Below the pieces are notes generated by a model. It worked only from the letters and a program-made list of their open reading frames with translations. It was not told where the DNA came from and ran no database searches. Of a stretch of DNA of 64,000 bases, positions 28,821 to 38,465 are shown in pieces; the first letter of the stretch is position 1; each line of letters starts with the position of its first letter. Origin of the DNA: an uncultured Acidobacteriota bacterium (lineage in GTDB: Bacteria > Acidobacteriota > Polarisedimenticolia > J045); the NCBI GenBank assembly GCA_963702425.1, contig CAVPCQ010000020.1, positions 64,001 through 128,000 on the forward strand. The letters are read 5' to 3'. Both the position numbers and the translations under genes were made by a program.

Positions 28821-29624
28821 TCACCACTCCGCGACGAGTCCCCGGAAGACGACGCGCGCCGGACCCGAGAGAACCACGCCGCCCCCCGCCGGCGCGAGTT
28901 CGACCATCAGCGGGATGCCGGCCGGTGGAAGGACCACGAAACGCCCGCCGGACCCCGGCGGGGATTCGCAGAAGACCGCCGCGGCCCAGGCGCCGCTGCC
29001 GCAGGCCAGCGTCTCGCCGCTGCCACGCTCGAAGGTCCGCACGAAGAGGGTCCGGTCCGATGCCTCCCGCACCAGCGTGACGTTCACCTCTCCCGCGAGC
29101 TCCGGGCGGGCCACGAAGAGCCGCTCGGCCAGCGCCGGCAGGGAAAGCCGCGCTCCAGCCGGTTCCCGGGCGACGACGTGGGGGACGCCGGCGCGGACCA
29201 GTCGCGCTGGGAGGATTTCGCCGGAGGGGAGCGGAAGCGACAGCGGGGCCTCGTCGATCGACGGGCGCTCCGCGCGGATGGCGACCGTTCCTCCGTCGAC
29301 CGAGGCCTCGACGGTGAAGCCCGGAAAGGCCAGCTCGAGCGGCGAACGGGAGAGGCCACGCTCGACCGCGAAACGCGCCGCGCAGCGCGCGCCGTTGCCG
29401 CAGAAGGCGGCACGGCTGCCGTCGGCGTTGCGATAGTCCACCACCACGCGCCCCGGCCGCGCATCGGTGATCGCCAGCAGCCCGTCTGCGCCGACTCCCG
29501 TGCCGCGGGCACAGAGCCGACGCGCCAGCTCGTCGCCGGGGCCCGGCAGCCCCTCGCGCCCGTCGACGACGACGAAGTCGTTGCCGGCCCCCTCCATCTT
29601 CCAGAACGAGAGTTCCCCCGTCAT
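28821..29624 (-). CDS. dapF: Diaminopimelate epimerase
   Basis: KMEGAGNDF, GVGADG, NADGS..FCGNGARC, FERG.GETLACGSG. Confidence 0.95.
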   Translation of the reverse strand: MTGELSFWKMEGAGNDFVVVDGREGLPGPGDELARRLCARGTGVGADGLLAITDARPGRVVVDYRNADGSRAAFCGNGARCAARFAVERGLSRSPLELAFPGFTVEASVDGGTVAIRAERPSIDEAPLSLPLPSGEILPARLVRAGVPHVVAREPAGARLSLPALAERLFVARPELAGEVNVTLVREASDRTLFVRTFERGSGETLACGSGAWAAAVFCESPPGSGGRFVVLPPAGIPLMVELAPAGGGVVLSGPARVVFRGLVAEW

Positions 29625-30691
29625 CGTGCTCCCCCCGCAGACGGGCGGGCCGCCACCCAGTCGGTCGGCCCGACCGGGGCCGACCGGTTCCCGCTGACAT
29701 CCTCGGCCAGCACCCGGTACCGGTAGCGCGCCGCCGGATCGACCGCGTCGTCGAGGAAGAACGCGTCGGGGACCTCCGCTCGCCCCCGCTCGACGAACTC
29801 CGGCTCCCCGTCGCGCTGGCGCTCGACGATCCAGGACTTCTCGTCCGGCGCGCCGCCCGGGTACCACAGGACGCGGATCTGTCCGGCCTCGGCGACCGCG
29901 TCGAGATCGCGCGGCGGAGCGGGCGGGAAGCGGTCCTGGTAGTCGATCGCGGCGAGTTGCTGCGGCGGCCCCTCGACCGGCAGCTGCGTCCCCGCGCCAG
30001 CGAATGCGGCGAGGTAGACGACCGTCTCGCCGTAGCGCGGCGCCTCGTCGAGGAACACCCCGGTCTTCGCGACCACGGTGCGGAGGGGTTCCCACGGCTC
30101 TCCGGCGGGCGGCGACCAGCGGTAGATCCGGACCGCCTCGGCCCGCGCATCCTCGGGCGCGGTCCAACGCAGCTCAATGCCGTGCTCGCGCGGTTCGGCC
30201 GCAAGGGTCGTCATCACCGGCAGGGTCGGCCGGAGCACGGTCAGTGCGGCGCGGGAGGAAGCCAGCGAACGAGCCCGCTCGTCGGACAGCGTCAGCGCCA
30301 GAACGAGCTCCTGGGCCTCGGGCAGCGTCGTCAGCGGCACGGCGTCGCGCCGCGTCGTCGGGGTCTCCGCGTCGGGCGCGAAGGGCGGCAGGGCGAGCTC
30401 CCGTGCCACGCGCCGGAACTCGCGGTCGCGATTCGCCGCCGTCCAGGAGGACCCCTGCCCGGCGCCGCTCGTCGTGAAGAGGATCTCCGGCCGCGCTGGC
30501 GGGCGCAGAGCGCCGCCGCCCACGATCCGCAGCGCATAGCGCGCCTCGAGCTGCAGCTCGTCGCCGCGTTGCCGCCAGCGGACCTCGCGCGGCGGCTCGG
30601 GAAAGTGCGGCAGGGGCGGCGTCGGCGGCCCGCGGTGTCCGCAGCCGAAGGCCGCGAGCGCGAGCGGGAGGAGGGCGGCGGCGGCTCTCAT
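29621..30691 (-). CDS. Lipoprotein with fibronectin type III-like domains
   Basis: Lipobox-like LAAFG-C followed by CGHRGPPTPP; FN3-like IELRWTAP, PPAPPRDL, YRYRVLAEDVSGNRS. Confidence 0.8.
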   Translation of the reverse strand: MRAAAALLPLALAAFGCGHRGPPTPPLPHFPEPPREVRWRQRGDELQLEARYALRIVGGGALRPPARPEILFTTSGAGQGSSWTAANRDREFRRVARELALPPFAPDAETPTTRRDAVPLTTLPEAQELVLALTLSDERARSLASSRAALTVLRPTLPVMTTLAAEPREHGIELRWTAPEDARAEAVRIYRWSPPAGEPWEPLRTVVAKTGVFLDEAPRYGETVVYLAAFAGAGTQLPVEGPPQQLAAIDYQDRFPPAPPRDLDAVAEAGQIRVLWYPGGAPDEKSWIVERQRDGEPEFVERGRAEVPDAFFLDDAVDPAARYRYRVLAEDVSGNRSAPVGPTDWVAARPSAGGAR

Positions 30692-30692
30692 C

Positions 30693-32081
30693 TCACAGCG
30701 CGAAGCGCGCGAGGTCCTGGCGCGCAACCAGTTCGGACAGCGCGGCGCGCACGGCGGGCGCGTCGATCGCGACCGGGCCCGCCGTGTGGTCGGGCGCGTC
30801 GAACAGCAGCGGGCCGAGCAGTCGCTCGAGGACCGTCGCCAGCCGCCGGGCGCCGATGTCCTCCACCGCCTCGTTGACGCGGTCCGCGATCTCCGCGATC
30901 TCGCGCAGCGCCGCGTCGGTGAACTGCAGCTCCACGCCGTCGACCGCGAGCAGGCTCTGGTACTGCCGCACGAGCGCGTTCTTCGGCACGGTCAGGATCT
31001 CGTACAGCTCCTGCCGGGTCAGGCGCTGCAACTCCACGCGGATCGGGAAGCGGCCCTGCAGCTCCGGCAGCAGGTCCGACGGCTTGGCCGAGTGGAATGC
31101 GCCGGCGGCGATGAACAGGATGTGGTCGGTGCGCACCGGACCGCGCTTGGTCTGGACGATCGTTCCCTCGACGATCGGCAGCAGGTCACGCTGCACCCCC
31201 TGGCGGCTGATGTCGGGGCCGCTGGCGCTTCCTCCGCCCGCGACCTTGTCGATTTCGTCGATGAAGACGATCCCGGTCTGCTCGACTCGGTGCGTCGCTT
31301 CCTTGATCAGCGTCGACTCGTCGAGCCGGCGGTCCTCCTCCTCGCGCTGCAGGATCTCGCGCGCCTCGCGCACGCTGACGCGGGCCCGCTTCGTCCGGTT
31401 CCCCATGAACCCGGGGAGCATCTCGCCGAGTTTGACCTCCATCTCGTCCATTCCGGGACCGCCGGCGATCCGGAATGCCGGCTTCTCCTCGTCCGGGAGC
31501 TCGACCTCGACCGAGCGTTCCTCGAGCTCACCACGGCGCAGCCGACCGCGCAGCTCCTCGCGGGCCTCGATCCACTCGCGCCCGTCCGGGGTACCGGAGC
31601 GCGGCCCCGCGAGCAGCTCGAGCAGCCGGTCCTCCGTCGCGCGCACCGCCGCGGCGGCGACCTCGCGCCTCCGCTCGCGGCGTACCATCTCGATCGAGAG
31701 CTCGAGAAGATCCCGGATCATCGACTCGACGTCGCGGCCGACGTAGCCGACCTCGGTGTACTTGGTCGCCTCGACCTTCAGGAACGGGCTGCCGACGAGC
31801 CTCGCCAGGCGCCGTGCGATCTCGGTCTTCCCCACCCCGGTCGGTCCGATCATCAGCATGTTCTTCGGCAGCACCTCCTCGGCCTGATCGGCCGGAAGCT
31901 GCTTGCGGCGCCAGCGATTCCGCAGGGCGACCGCGACGGCGCGCTTCGCCTCCCGTTGGCCGATGATGTAGGCGTCGAGCTCGGCCACCACCTGCGTGGG
32001 GGTCAGGTCGTCCTGCCGACCGAGCGGCCCGCCAGGCTCGAGCGGCGGCGGGCCGCCGCTACCGGGCATGTAGAACACCAT
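30693..32081 (-). CDS. hslU: ATP-dependent protease ATPase subunit HslU
   Basis: LTPTQVV.ELD..IIGQ, IGPTGVGKT, GYVGRDVESM, GVQRDLLP, IGARRL. Confidence 0.97.
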   Translation of the reverse strand: MVFYMPGSGGPPPLEPGGPLGRQDDLTPTQVVAELDAYIIGQREAKRAVAVALRNRWRRKQLPADQAEEVLPKNMLMIGPTGVGKTEIARRLARLVGSPFLKVEATKYTEVGYVGRDVESMIRDLLELSIEMVRRERRREVAAAAVRATEDRLLELLAGPRSGTPDGREWIEAREELRGRLRRGELEERSVEVELPDEEKPAFRIAGGPGMDEMEVKLGEMLPGFMGNRTKRARVSVREAREILQREEEDRRLDESTLIKEATHRVEQTGIVFIDEIDKVAGGGSASGPDISRQGVQRDLLPIVEGTIVQTKRGPVRTDHILFIAAGAFHSAKPSDLLPELQGRFPIRVELQRLTRQELYEILTVPKNALVRQYQSLLAVDGVELQFTDAALREIAEIADRVNEAVEDIGARRLATVLERLLGPLLFDAPDHTAGPVAIDAPAVRAALSELVARQDLARFAL

Positions 32082-32097
32082 CGTCGACTCCCTGCGC

Positions 32098-32640
32098 TCA
32101 GTCGCCGAGCGTCTCGCAGACGATCCGGTCGTTGGTGTAGATGTCGATCGAGGCGGCGGTCTTCAGCGCCGCGACCGCGATCTCGTGGGCTGGCATCTCC
32201 GTATGCAGGATCAGGGCGCGCGCCGCGGCGAGCGCGGCCGAGCCGCCGCTGCCGATCGCGATCACGCCGTCGTCCGGCTCGATCAGATCACCGGTGCCCG
32301 ACAGGAGCAGCGTGTGCTCACGGTCGGCGACGAGCAGTAGGGCTTCCAGGCGCCGCAACGCGCGGTCCTGCCGCCAGTCGCGCGCCAGCTCGATCGCCGC
32401 CCGCTCGAGCCGGCCGCCATGCTGCTCGAGGCGCTCCTCGAAGCGCTGCAGCAGCGCGAACGCATCGGCCGCCCCACCCGCGAAGCCGGCAAGGATGCGG
32501 CCCTCGGAGAGCCGCCGCACCTTGCGCGCCCCCTCCTTGACGATCGTCCGGTCGAGCGTCACCTGCCCGTCGGCGGCCATCGCCACCCGTCCGGCCCGCC
32601 GCACCGCGACGACCGTGGTCGAGGTGACGCGCAGACTCAT
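32098..32640 (-). CDS. hslV: ATP-dependent protease peptidase subunit HslV
   Basis: [33 protein letters not shown]. Confidence 0.96.
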   Translation of the reverse strand: MSLRVTSTTVVAVRRAGRVAMAADGQVTLDRTIVKEGARKVRRLSEGRILAGFAGGAADAFALLQRFEERLEQHGGRLERAAIELARDWRQDRALRRLEALLLVADREHTLLLSGTGDLIEPDDGVIAIGSGGSAALAAARALILHTEMPAHEIAVAALKTAASIDIYTNDRIVCETLGD

Positions 32641-33524
32641 CACGCGCCCCCGGTGCGCGCCGGACTCGTGTCCGGCGGCGGCTCGGGTGCGGCGGCGGGG
32701 TCCGGTGCGGGGAGGGGGGCGGGGAGCGCGGCCAGTTCCGACTTCGCCTGTTCCACCAGCTTGCCCGACGGGTAGTCGGCGAGCAGGCGCTCGAAGGAAA
32801 GGCGCGCCTTGGCCGTGTCGCCGACCTTCGCATAGGCCTTCCCAAGCTCGAGCATCGCCGCCTCGCGCCGCTGCGACGCCGGGTAGAGGTCGATCATGCC
32901 GGAGAGCCGCTGGATCTCGCCCAGCGGCTTGCCCCGCTGCCGGTAGAACTCGGCCACCAGCCACTCGTGCTCGGAAAGAAGGTCCCCGGCGCGGGCCAGC
33001 GCCTGGACCGCGGCGAGACGCCAGACATCCGACTCGGGGAGCTCGCGGATCATCGCCTGGAAGTGCTCGCGGGCACGGCGAGGGAATTCCTGGTCGTTGG
33101 CCGCGTCGCTCGCCTGCTGCATCAGGCAGGTTCCGACCTGGAACCGGGCATACGACGCCATCGGATGCAGCGGGTAGAAGTTGAGGAACTGCTCGTAGCG
33201 GCTCTGGGCCTCGATCGCACTCGTCGTTCCGAGCTGGTAGAAGTAGGCGTCGGCGAGCGCGAGCTTGACCATCGGGTCGAGTGTTTCCCCGACCGGGCTG
33301 ACCATCCCGACATCCCCAAGCCGCGTCGTGGCCTCGGAGAAGCGCCGCTTCTCGATCAGCTCACGGGCCTCGCGGTAGAGCGCCTCGTTGTCTTCGCTGA
33401 GCTTTCCTTGCCGCTTCTTCGAGCTGCCGCAGCCCGGCGCGGCGGCGACGAGCAGGACCAGCACCGCCGCGAAGGCCATCCGGGCGACGCTGAGGGCAGG
33501 GCGCCGGGCAATCAGGTGGTCCAC
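32640..33524 (-). CDS. bamD: Outer membrane protein assembly lipoprotein BamD
   Basis: Lipobox APGC; TPRs; [28 protein letters not shown]. Confidence 0.85.
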   Translation of the reverse strand: MDHLIARRPALSVARMAFAAVLVLLVAAAPGCGSSKKRQGKLSEDNEALYREARELIEKRRFSEATTRLGDVGMVSPVGETLDPMVKLALADAYFYQLGTTSAIEAQSRYEQFLNFYPLHPMASYARFQVGTCLMQQASDAANDQEFPRRAREHFQAMIRELPESDVWRLAAVQALARAGDLLSEHEWLVAEFYRQRGKPLGEIQRLSGMIDLYPASQRREAAMLELGKAYAKVGDTAKARLSFERLLADYPSGKLVEQAKSELAALPAPLPAPDPAAAPEPPPDTSPARTGGA

Positions 33525-33922
33525 GGTAGGAGCCTCTCCATCAGTTCGGGCGGCAGCCGCTGCGGCCGCCCGTCGCGGCCCACGGCCGCGTGCGCACTGA
33601 AGCCGTCCGCCAGCAGGACGCCGTCCCCGGGCCGCACGATCCGGTACTCGAACCGGACCCGCACCGGGGACAGTCCGCCGATCGCGGTGCGGACCTCGAG
33701 CGCTTCATCGTAACGCGCCGGGCGCCGATAGCGAGCCCCGGCCTCGATCACCGGGAAGAGGATCCCCTGCTCGTCCTCCAGGACCCCGTAGGGCAGCCCC
33801 GCGGCGCGCATCAGCTCGGTCCGGCCGAGCTCGAACCAGACGAGGTAGTGGGTGTGGTGCACGACCCCCATCCGGTCGACCTCGGGGTAGCGCACGCGAA
33901 AAGGGGTGGACTCGATCCTCAC
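33512..33922 (-). CDS. Acyl-CoA thioesterase (YbgC/4HBT family)
   Basis: RVRYPEVDRMGVVHHTHYLVWFELGRTE, YRRPARYD. Confidence 0.9.
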   Translation of the reverse strand: MRIESTPFRVRYPEVDRMGVVHHTHYLVWFELGRTELMRAAGLPYGVLEDEQGILFPVIEAGARYRRPARYDEALEVRTAIGGLSPVRVRFEYRIVRPGDGVLLADGFSAHAAVGRDGRPQRLPPELMERLLPWTT

Positions 33923-34584
33923 GCGCCGCCCTCGGCGACGGCGCGCAGCGCCGCGAGCGCGGCAGGCGGGACGGGCGCGCCGAAGACCGCGTTTCCGGCG
34001 ACCAGGCTGCGCGCCCCGGCGCGCACCACCGCCGCGGCGTTGGCCGGGCCGATCCCGCCATCGACCTGGATCCGGGCAGGCGAACCGGCGGCAGCGATCA
34101 GTGAAGCGAGGCGCTCGATCTTCCGCAGCGAGCCCGGAATGAACGACTGGGCCGGGAACCCGGGCTCGACCGACATCACGAGCACGAAGTCGAGCAGCGG
34201 CAGGATCTCGGAGAGCGCATCCGGCGGCGTCGCCGGGTTGAGCGCGACCCCGGCCGCGATCCCGTGCCCCTTGATCTGCTGGATGGTGCGGTAGAGGTGC
34301 GGACAGGCCTCGACGTGAACGGTCAGGCGCCCGGCCCCGGCCCGGGCGTAGTCGCCGATCCAGCGCTCCGCGTCCTCGATCATCAGGTGGCAGTCGAGCG
34401 GCAGGCGCGTGGCCTTCGCGAGCGCGGCCACGACCGGGGGTCCGATCGTCAGGTTGGGGACGAAGTGTCCGTCCATGACGTCGACGTGCACGACGTCGGC
34501 GCCCGCCGTCTCGAGCATCGCGAGCGCGTCGGCCAGCCGCGCGAAGTCGGCGGACAGAATGGAGGGGGCGATCTCGATCGTCAT
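33919..34584 (-). CDS. rpe: Ribulose-phosphate 3-epimerase
   Basis: IAPSILSADF, HVDVMDGHFVPNLTIG, VDGGI. Confidence 0.97.
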   Translation of the reverse strand: MTIEIAPSILSADFARLADALAMLETAGADVVHVDVMDGHFVPNLTIGPPVVAALAKATRLPLDCHLMIEDAERWIGDYARAGAGRLTVHVEACPHLYRTIQQIKGHGIAAGVALNPATPPDALSEILPLLDFVLVMSVEPGFPAQSFIPGSLRKIERLASLIAAAGSPARIQVDGGIGPANAAAVVRAGARSLVAGNAVFGAPVPPAALAALRAVAEGGA

Positions 34585-34618
34585 GCGCGAAGCCTCGCCT
34601 TCTCCTGCACCGCCCCGC

Positions 34619-35362
34619 TCACGGGGCTGGCGTCAGGGTGATCCGAGTGGTGGCGGTGATCCGGGAGCCGACCGCCGGCTGCTGGTTCTGGACGATGGCG
34701 CCGGGCCGGATGTCGCCCGGTCCGCCGATCGCGACGGACCGGAAGCCGAGCCCTTCGAGCGCATCCAGCGCCGCGCTCGCGGACCGGCCGATGAAGTCGG
34801 GCATGACCATCGCGCGCGGCCGCGGGCCCGCGCTCACCAGCACGGCGATCGCCTGCCCCGACGATCCCACGCTGCCGGCCGCGGGGTGCTGGGCCAGGAT
34901 CCGGCCGGCAGCCTGGCGCGGGTGCGGCGCGTTCGAGGTCGTGCCGAGCGACATGCCGGCTCGACGGAGGGCGAGTTGGGCGCGGCTGACGCTCGAGCCG
35001 CAGAGCTCGGGCACGGTGGTCGCCTCCGGCCCGGTGCTGATCACGAGGCGCACCGGCCGGCCGGGCTTGCTCCGGCTCCCCGCGGCGGGGAACTGGTCGA
35101 GGACCTTCCCCGCGGGGCGCGCCGCGTCGGTGCGCTGACCGGTCACCTGCGGCAGGAGGCCGAGCGCACGAAGACGCGCGGCCGCATCGTCCCGGTCGGC
35201 ACCCACGACCGCCGGCACGGTGATCTCCGAGACGAAGCGGACCGATGCGCGGAGCGTGAGCCAGGCCGCGACGCCGAACGTCAAGGCGAGCGATCCGGCA
35301 ACCAGCGCGGCAAGCACGGCGCGCCGCAGCCAGCGCCGTGGGACAGGTGCCGGGGCGCTCAT
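34619..35362 (-). CDS. Membrane-anchored PASTA-domain protein (3 PASTA repeats, no kinase)
   Basis: TM helix followed by VPAVVG, VPELCG and MPDFIG repeats with Q.P.AG. Confidence 0.88.
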   Translation of the reverse strand: MSAPAPVPRRWLRRAVLAALVAGSLALTFGVAAWLTLRASVRFVSEITVPAVVGADRDDAAARLRALGLLPQVTGQRTDAARPAGKVLDQFPAAGSRSKPGRPVRLVISTGPEATTVPELCGSSVSRAQLALRRAGMSLGTTSNAPHPRQAAGRILAQHPAAGSVGSSGQAIAVLVSAGPRPRAMVMPDFIGRSASAALDALEGLGFRSVAIGGPGDIRPGAIVQNQQPAVGSRITATTRITLTPAP

Positions 35363-36720
35363 GCCGCCGCCCGGACGAGTCGCGCGGCAAAGAAGCCGTC
35401 GAGGCCGTCGCGGTCCGGCCGCGTCGCAAGAGCGGGCGGATCGCCGCTCACAAGCCCGTCGGCCGCAGCTCCGAGACTCCGGGCCGGATCGGCCGGAGCG
35501 AAGTCCTGGTGACGTGTCAGGAAGCCGCGCAGCTGCTCCTCCCCCTCCTCGGGTTCGAGGCTGCAGACGGAGTAGACCAGCGCGCCGCCTGGCGCCACCA
35601 GCGGCGCGGCGGCCTCCAGCATCCGCGCCTGGCGGGCGGCGCAGGCGGCGACGTCGCCGGGTTCGAGGCGGTGGCGCTTGTCGGGCCGGCGGCGGAGCGT
35701 TCCCGTGCCGCTGCAGGGCGCGTCGAGGAGCACGATGCCGAACGCCTCGCGCGCGAGCGGCGGCGCGAGGGCATCGCCGCGCAGCACGACGGTCCTCCCC
35801 GCGGGCGCCCTCAGCGCCAGCGTGTCCGCCAGCCGGCGGGCCCGCGTCGTGACCGGCTCCAGCGCCACGACCGGACCGGCCGCGCGCTGTGCGATCAGGG
35901 CGGCCTTGCCGCCGGGGGCCGCCGCGAGATCGGCCACGGGACGCTCGTCGTCCGGCGTTGCGAGCAGCGCGACCAGCGCGGCCGCCTCGTCCAGCAGCAC
36001 GCATCGGCCGCCCGCGAACACGGCGGTGGACTGCGGCGCGCCATGCGTCACGACCAGTCCGCCCGGATGGTGTGCGGCCGGCTCGGTTGCGACCCCCTCC
36101 CCCGCCAGCGCGCGAGCCAGCGCATCGCGGGCAGCGACGAAGTCGGCGGCCGCGCCTCCGGGTCGGTCGAGGCGCACCACCGCAAAGGGCCGGGCCGGCC
36201 GGTTGGCGGCCTCGACCAGGGCCCGCGCCGCGGCGTCACCGTACCGTGCAGCCCAGCGCGCGAAGAGCCAGGCCGGCATCGTGAACGCGGGGTCGAGCAT
36301 CCCGCCCTCGGCGGCCAGGCGGCGGAGCACGGCATTGACCAGGCCGGCCGCGGGCGCGGCCCCTGCCAGCCGCACCGCGTGCACCGCGGAGTCGACCGCC
36401 AGCGGCGCGGGGTGGCCGAGCACGAAGATCTCGGCCGTCGCGAGCCGCAGCGCGGCGCGCACGCGCGGGTCGAGCGAACCGAGCCCGGCGTGCACGAGCG
36501 GACTGAGGCGCACGTCGATCGCTCCCATCCAGCGCAGTGAGGCGTAGACCAGCGCGTGCAGCCGGGCCCGGTCGGCCGGGAGGGCGATACGCTGTTCCCG
36601 CGCCGCGAGCAGCCGGTCGGACCAGGCGCCGGCTTCGACCTCAGCGAGTACGGAGATCGCCTGCGCGCGCACCTGAGGCGAGCGCGGGGGCGCCGCCCCG
36701 CCCGATGCCATGCCCGTCAC
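35359..36720 (-). CDS. rsmB: 16S rRNA m5C967 methyltransferase (Sun)
   Basis: NusB-like N-terminus (LVNAVLRR), DLAAAPGGK, LLDAPCSGTG, LVYSVCS. Confidence 0.92.
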   Translation of the reverse strand: MTGMASGGAAPPRSPQVRAQAISVLAEVEAGAWSDRLLAAREQRIALPADRARLHALVYASLRWMGAIDVRLSPLVHAGLGSLDPRVRAALRLATAEIFVLGHPAPLAVDSAVHAVRLAGAAPAAGLVNAVLRRLAAEGGMLDPAFTMPAWLFARWAARYGDAAARALVEAANRPARPFAVVRLDRPGGAAADFVAARDALARALAGEGVATEPAAHHPGGLVVTHGAPQSTAVFAGGRCVLLDEAAALVALLATPDDERPVADLAAAPGGKAALIAQRAAGPVVALEPVTTRARRLADTLALRAPAGRTVVLRGDALAPPLAREAFGIVLLDAPCSGTGTLRRRPDKRHRLEPGDVAACAARQARMLEAAAPLVAPGGALVYSVCSLEPEEGEEQLRGFLTRHQDFAPADPARSLGAAADGLVSGDPPALATRPDRDGLDGFFAARLVRAAA

Positions 36721-37670
36721 GGACCGGCCCACCGCTCGAGTCTCCCTCCGCACTCGATGTGACGCCCTGCCAGCGCCGCGGCGGCGGTCATCGGTCGCCC
36801 GCCCTCCGGCAGCAGTTCGGCGATCCGCAGCATCCCCGTTCCGCAGGCCACATCGACCGCGTCACCGACGCGTCGCATGACGGTACCGGGGGCCGTGCCG
36901 GGTGGCGAAGTCTCTCCCAGCGCCTCGACGCGGAGCAACCGGAGCGTTCCCCGGGTCCCCCGCGTCACGACCGGCGGCCACGGGACGAAGGCGCGCACGC
37001 GGCGCGCGATCTCCGCGGCGTCGCCGCACCAGTCGACCACCCCCAGCTCGCGGGTCAGCGGCGGTGCCCAGCTCGCGCCGGACGGGTCCTGGGGCTCGGC
37101 CACGAGCGCTCCTGCCGCGAGCCGGTCGAGGGTCTCGACCAGCAGCGTCGCCCCGACCCGCGCCAGCCGCGCGCCGAGCGACCTCGCGTCGTCGCAGGTC
37201 TCGACGGTCTCCGTCGCCCGCAGGTAGACCGGTCCGGTGTCGAGCCCGCGCTCCATCCGCATCGTCGTGACGCCGGCCGTCCGGTCACCGGCCCAGAGCG
37301 TGTGCTGGACCGGGCTCGCGCCGCGGTGCCGCGGCAGCAGCGAGAAGTGCAGGTTCACGCCCCCGAACGGCGGCGCGTCGAGCAAGCGGCCCGGGAGGAT
37401 CCGGCCGTAGGCCACGACGACCAGCGCGTCGGGCGCGAAGGCCAGCAGTCCTTCCCGCGCCCCCTCCCCGCGCAGCGTCGCGGGCTGCAGCACAGGCCCC
37501 AGCTCGAGCCGCAGCGCCGCCTCTTTCGCCGGCGGCGGCAGCGGCGTCCGTGAGCGGCGGGAGGGCGCGTCGGGTGCGGTCACGGTCGCGACGACCCGGT
37601 GCGCCGACGCGGCGAGCGCCTCGAGCGAGGGGACCGCCCAGTCAGGAGTTCCGAAGAAGAGGACGTTCAC
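36717..37670 (-). CDS. fmt: Methionyl-tRNA formyltransferase
   Basis: FFGTPDWA, VVAYGRIL, NLHFSLLPRHRGASP, GLDTG. Confidence 0.96.
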   Translation of the reverse strand: MNVLFFGTPDWAVPSLEALAASAHRVVATVTAPDAPSRRSRTPLPPPAKEAALRLELGPVLQPATLRGEGAREGLLAFAPDALVVVAYGRILPGRLLDAPPFGGVNLHFSLLPRHRGASPVQHTLWAGDRTAGVTTMRMERGLDTGPVYLRATETVETCDDARSLGARLARVGATLLVETLDRLAAGALVAEPQDPSGASWAPPLTRELGVVDWCGDAAEIARRVRAFVPWPPVVTRGTRGTLRLLRVEALGETSPPGTAPGTVMRRVGDAVDVACGTGMLRIAELLPEGGRPMTAAAALAGRHIECGGRLERWAGP

Positions 37671-37693
37671 GCGCGGTCATTGTCGCGCGCCCG

Positions 37694-38224
37694 TCACCCG
37701 GCCGCGACCTCCGGCCACTCGCCGTTGCGGCGCATCCGCTCGATCCGGCGCAGGACCAGCCGCCGCTTGAGAGGGGACATCCGCTGCAGGAAGGTGATCC
37801 CGTCGAGGTGATCCAGCTCGTGGCAGATGGCACGCGCGAAGAAGCCCTCCGCTTCGCCCTCCACCGGCTTCCCGTCGAGATCGATCCCGGAGTACCGGAC
37901 GCTCAGCGGGCGCATGACGTTCTCGTAGATTCCGGGGAACGAGAGGCAGCCTTCCTCGCCGTCCTGCTTGCCGCTGGCCTCGACCACGCGCGGGTTGATG
38001 AAGACCTGGACCTGGCCCGGCTCCTCACCCGCCGTCAGGTCGATCACCATGATCCGGCGCCGATCGGCGACCTGGTTCGCGGCCAGTCCAACCCCCGGCT
38101 CGGCATGCATGGTCTCGACCATGTCCATGACGAGCGTTCGGATCTCGTCGTTGATCTCGGTGACCTCATGCGTCGGCTCGAGCAGTACCGGGTGCGGGTA
38201 GGCAATGATCGGTCGGACCGCCAT
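37694..38224 (-). CDS. def: Peptide deformylase
   Basis: GVGLAANQV, EGCLS, HELDHLDG. Confidence 0.97.
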   Translation of the reverse strand: MAVRPIIAYPHPVLLEPTHEVTEINDEIRTLVMDMVETMHAEPGVGLAANQVADRRRIMVIDLTAGEEPGQVQVFINPRVVEASGKQDGEEGCLSFPGIYENVMRPLSVRYSGIDLDGKPVEGEAEGFFARAICHELDHLDGITFLQRMSPLKRRLVLRRIERMRRNGEWPEVAAG

Positions 38225-38465
38225 CGGAAAACCCTCGGGGTGCGTCCGCGCGCACCCGTCAGTGCAAGCTAACACCGGGCTCGGACCCGAGCAAATTGGC
38301 AGCGGGAACCGTCCCCTTCCGAGGACGATCCCTCTCTCAAGAGGACGATCAGCCCGTCGGTTCGGGATCCCTAACATGTTCCGAAGGTTCCATTTGTGGG
38401 ATCCGGAGGGGGCGCTTACCCAGGGGAATGGAGTTTGCAGCCGGGGTGAGGTGCAGGAGGACATC

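Noticed and set aside
38285-38345. Possible c-di-GMP-I riboswitch (GCAAA motif)
   Set aside because: Lacks the paired GGCAAAC...GACGCAAA architecture; only a short word matches
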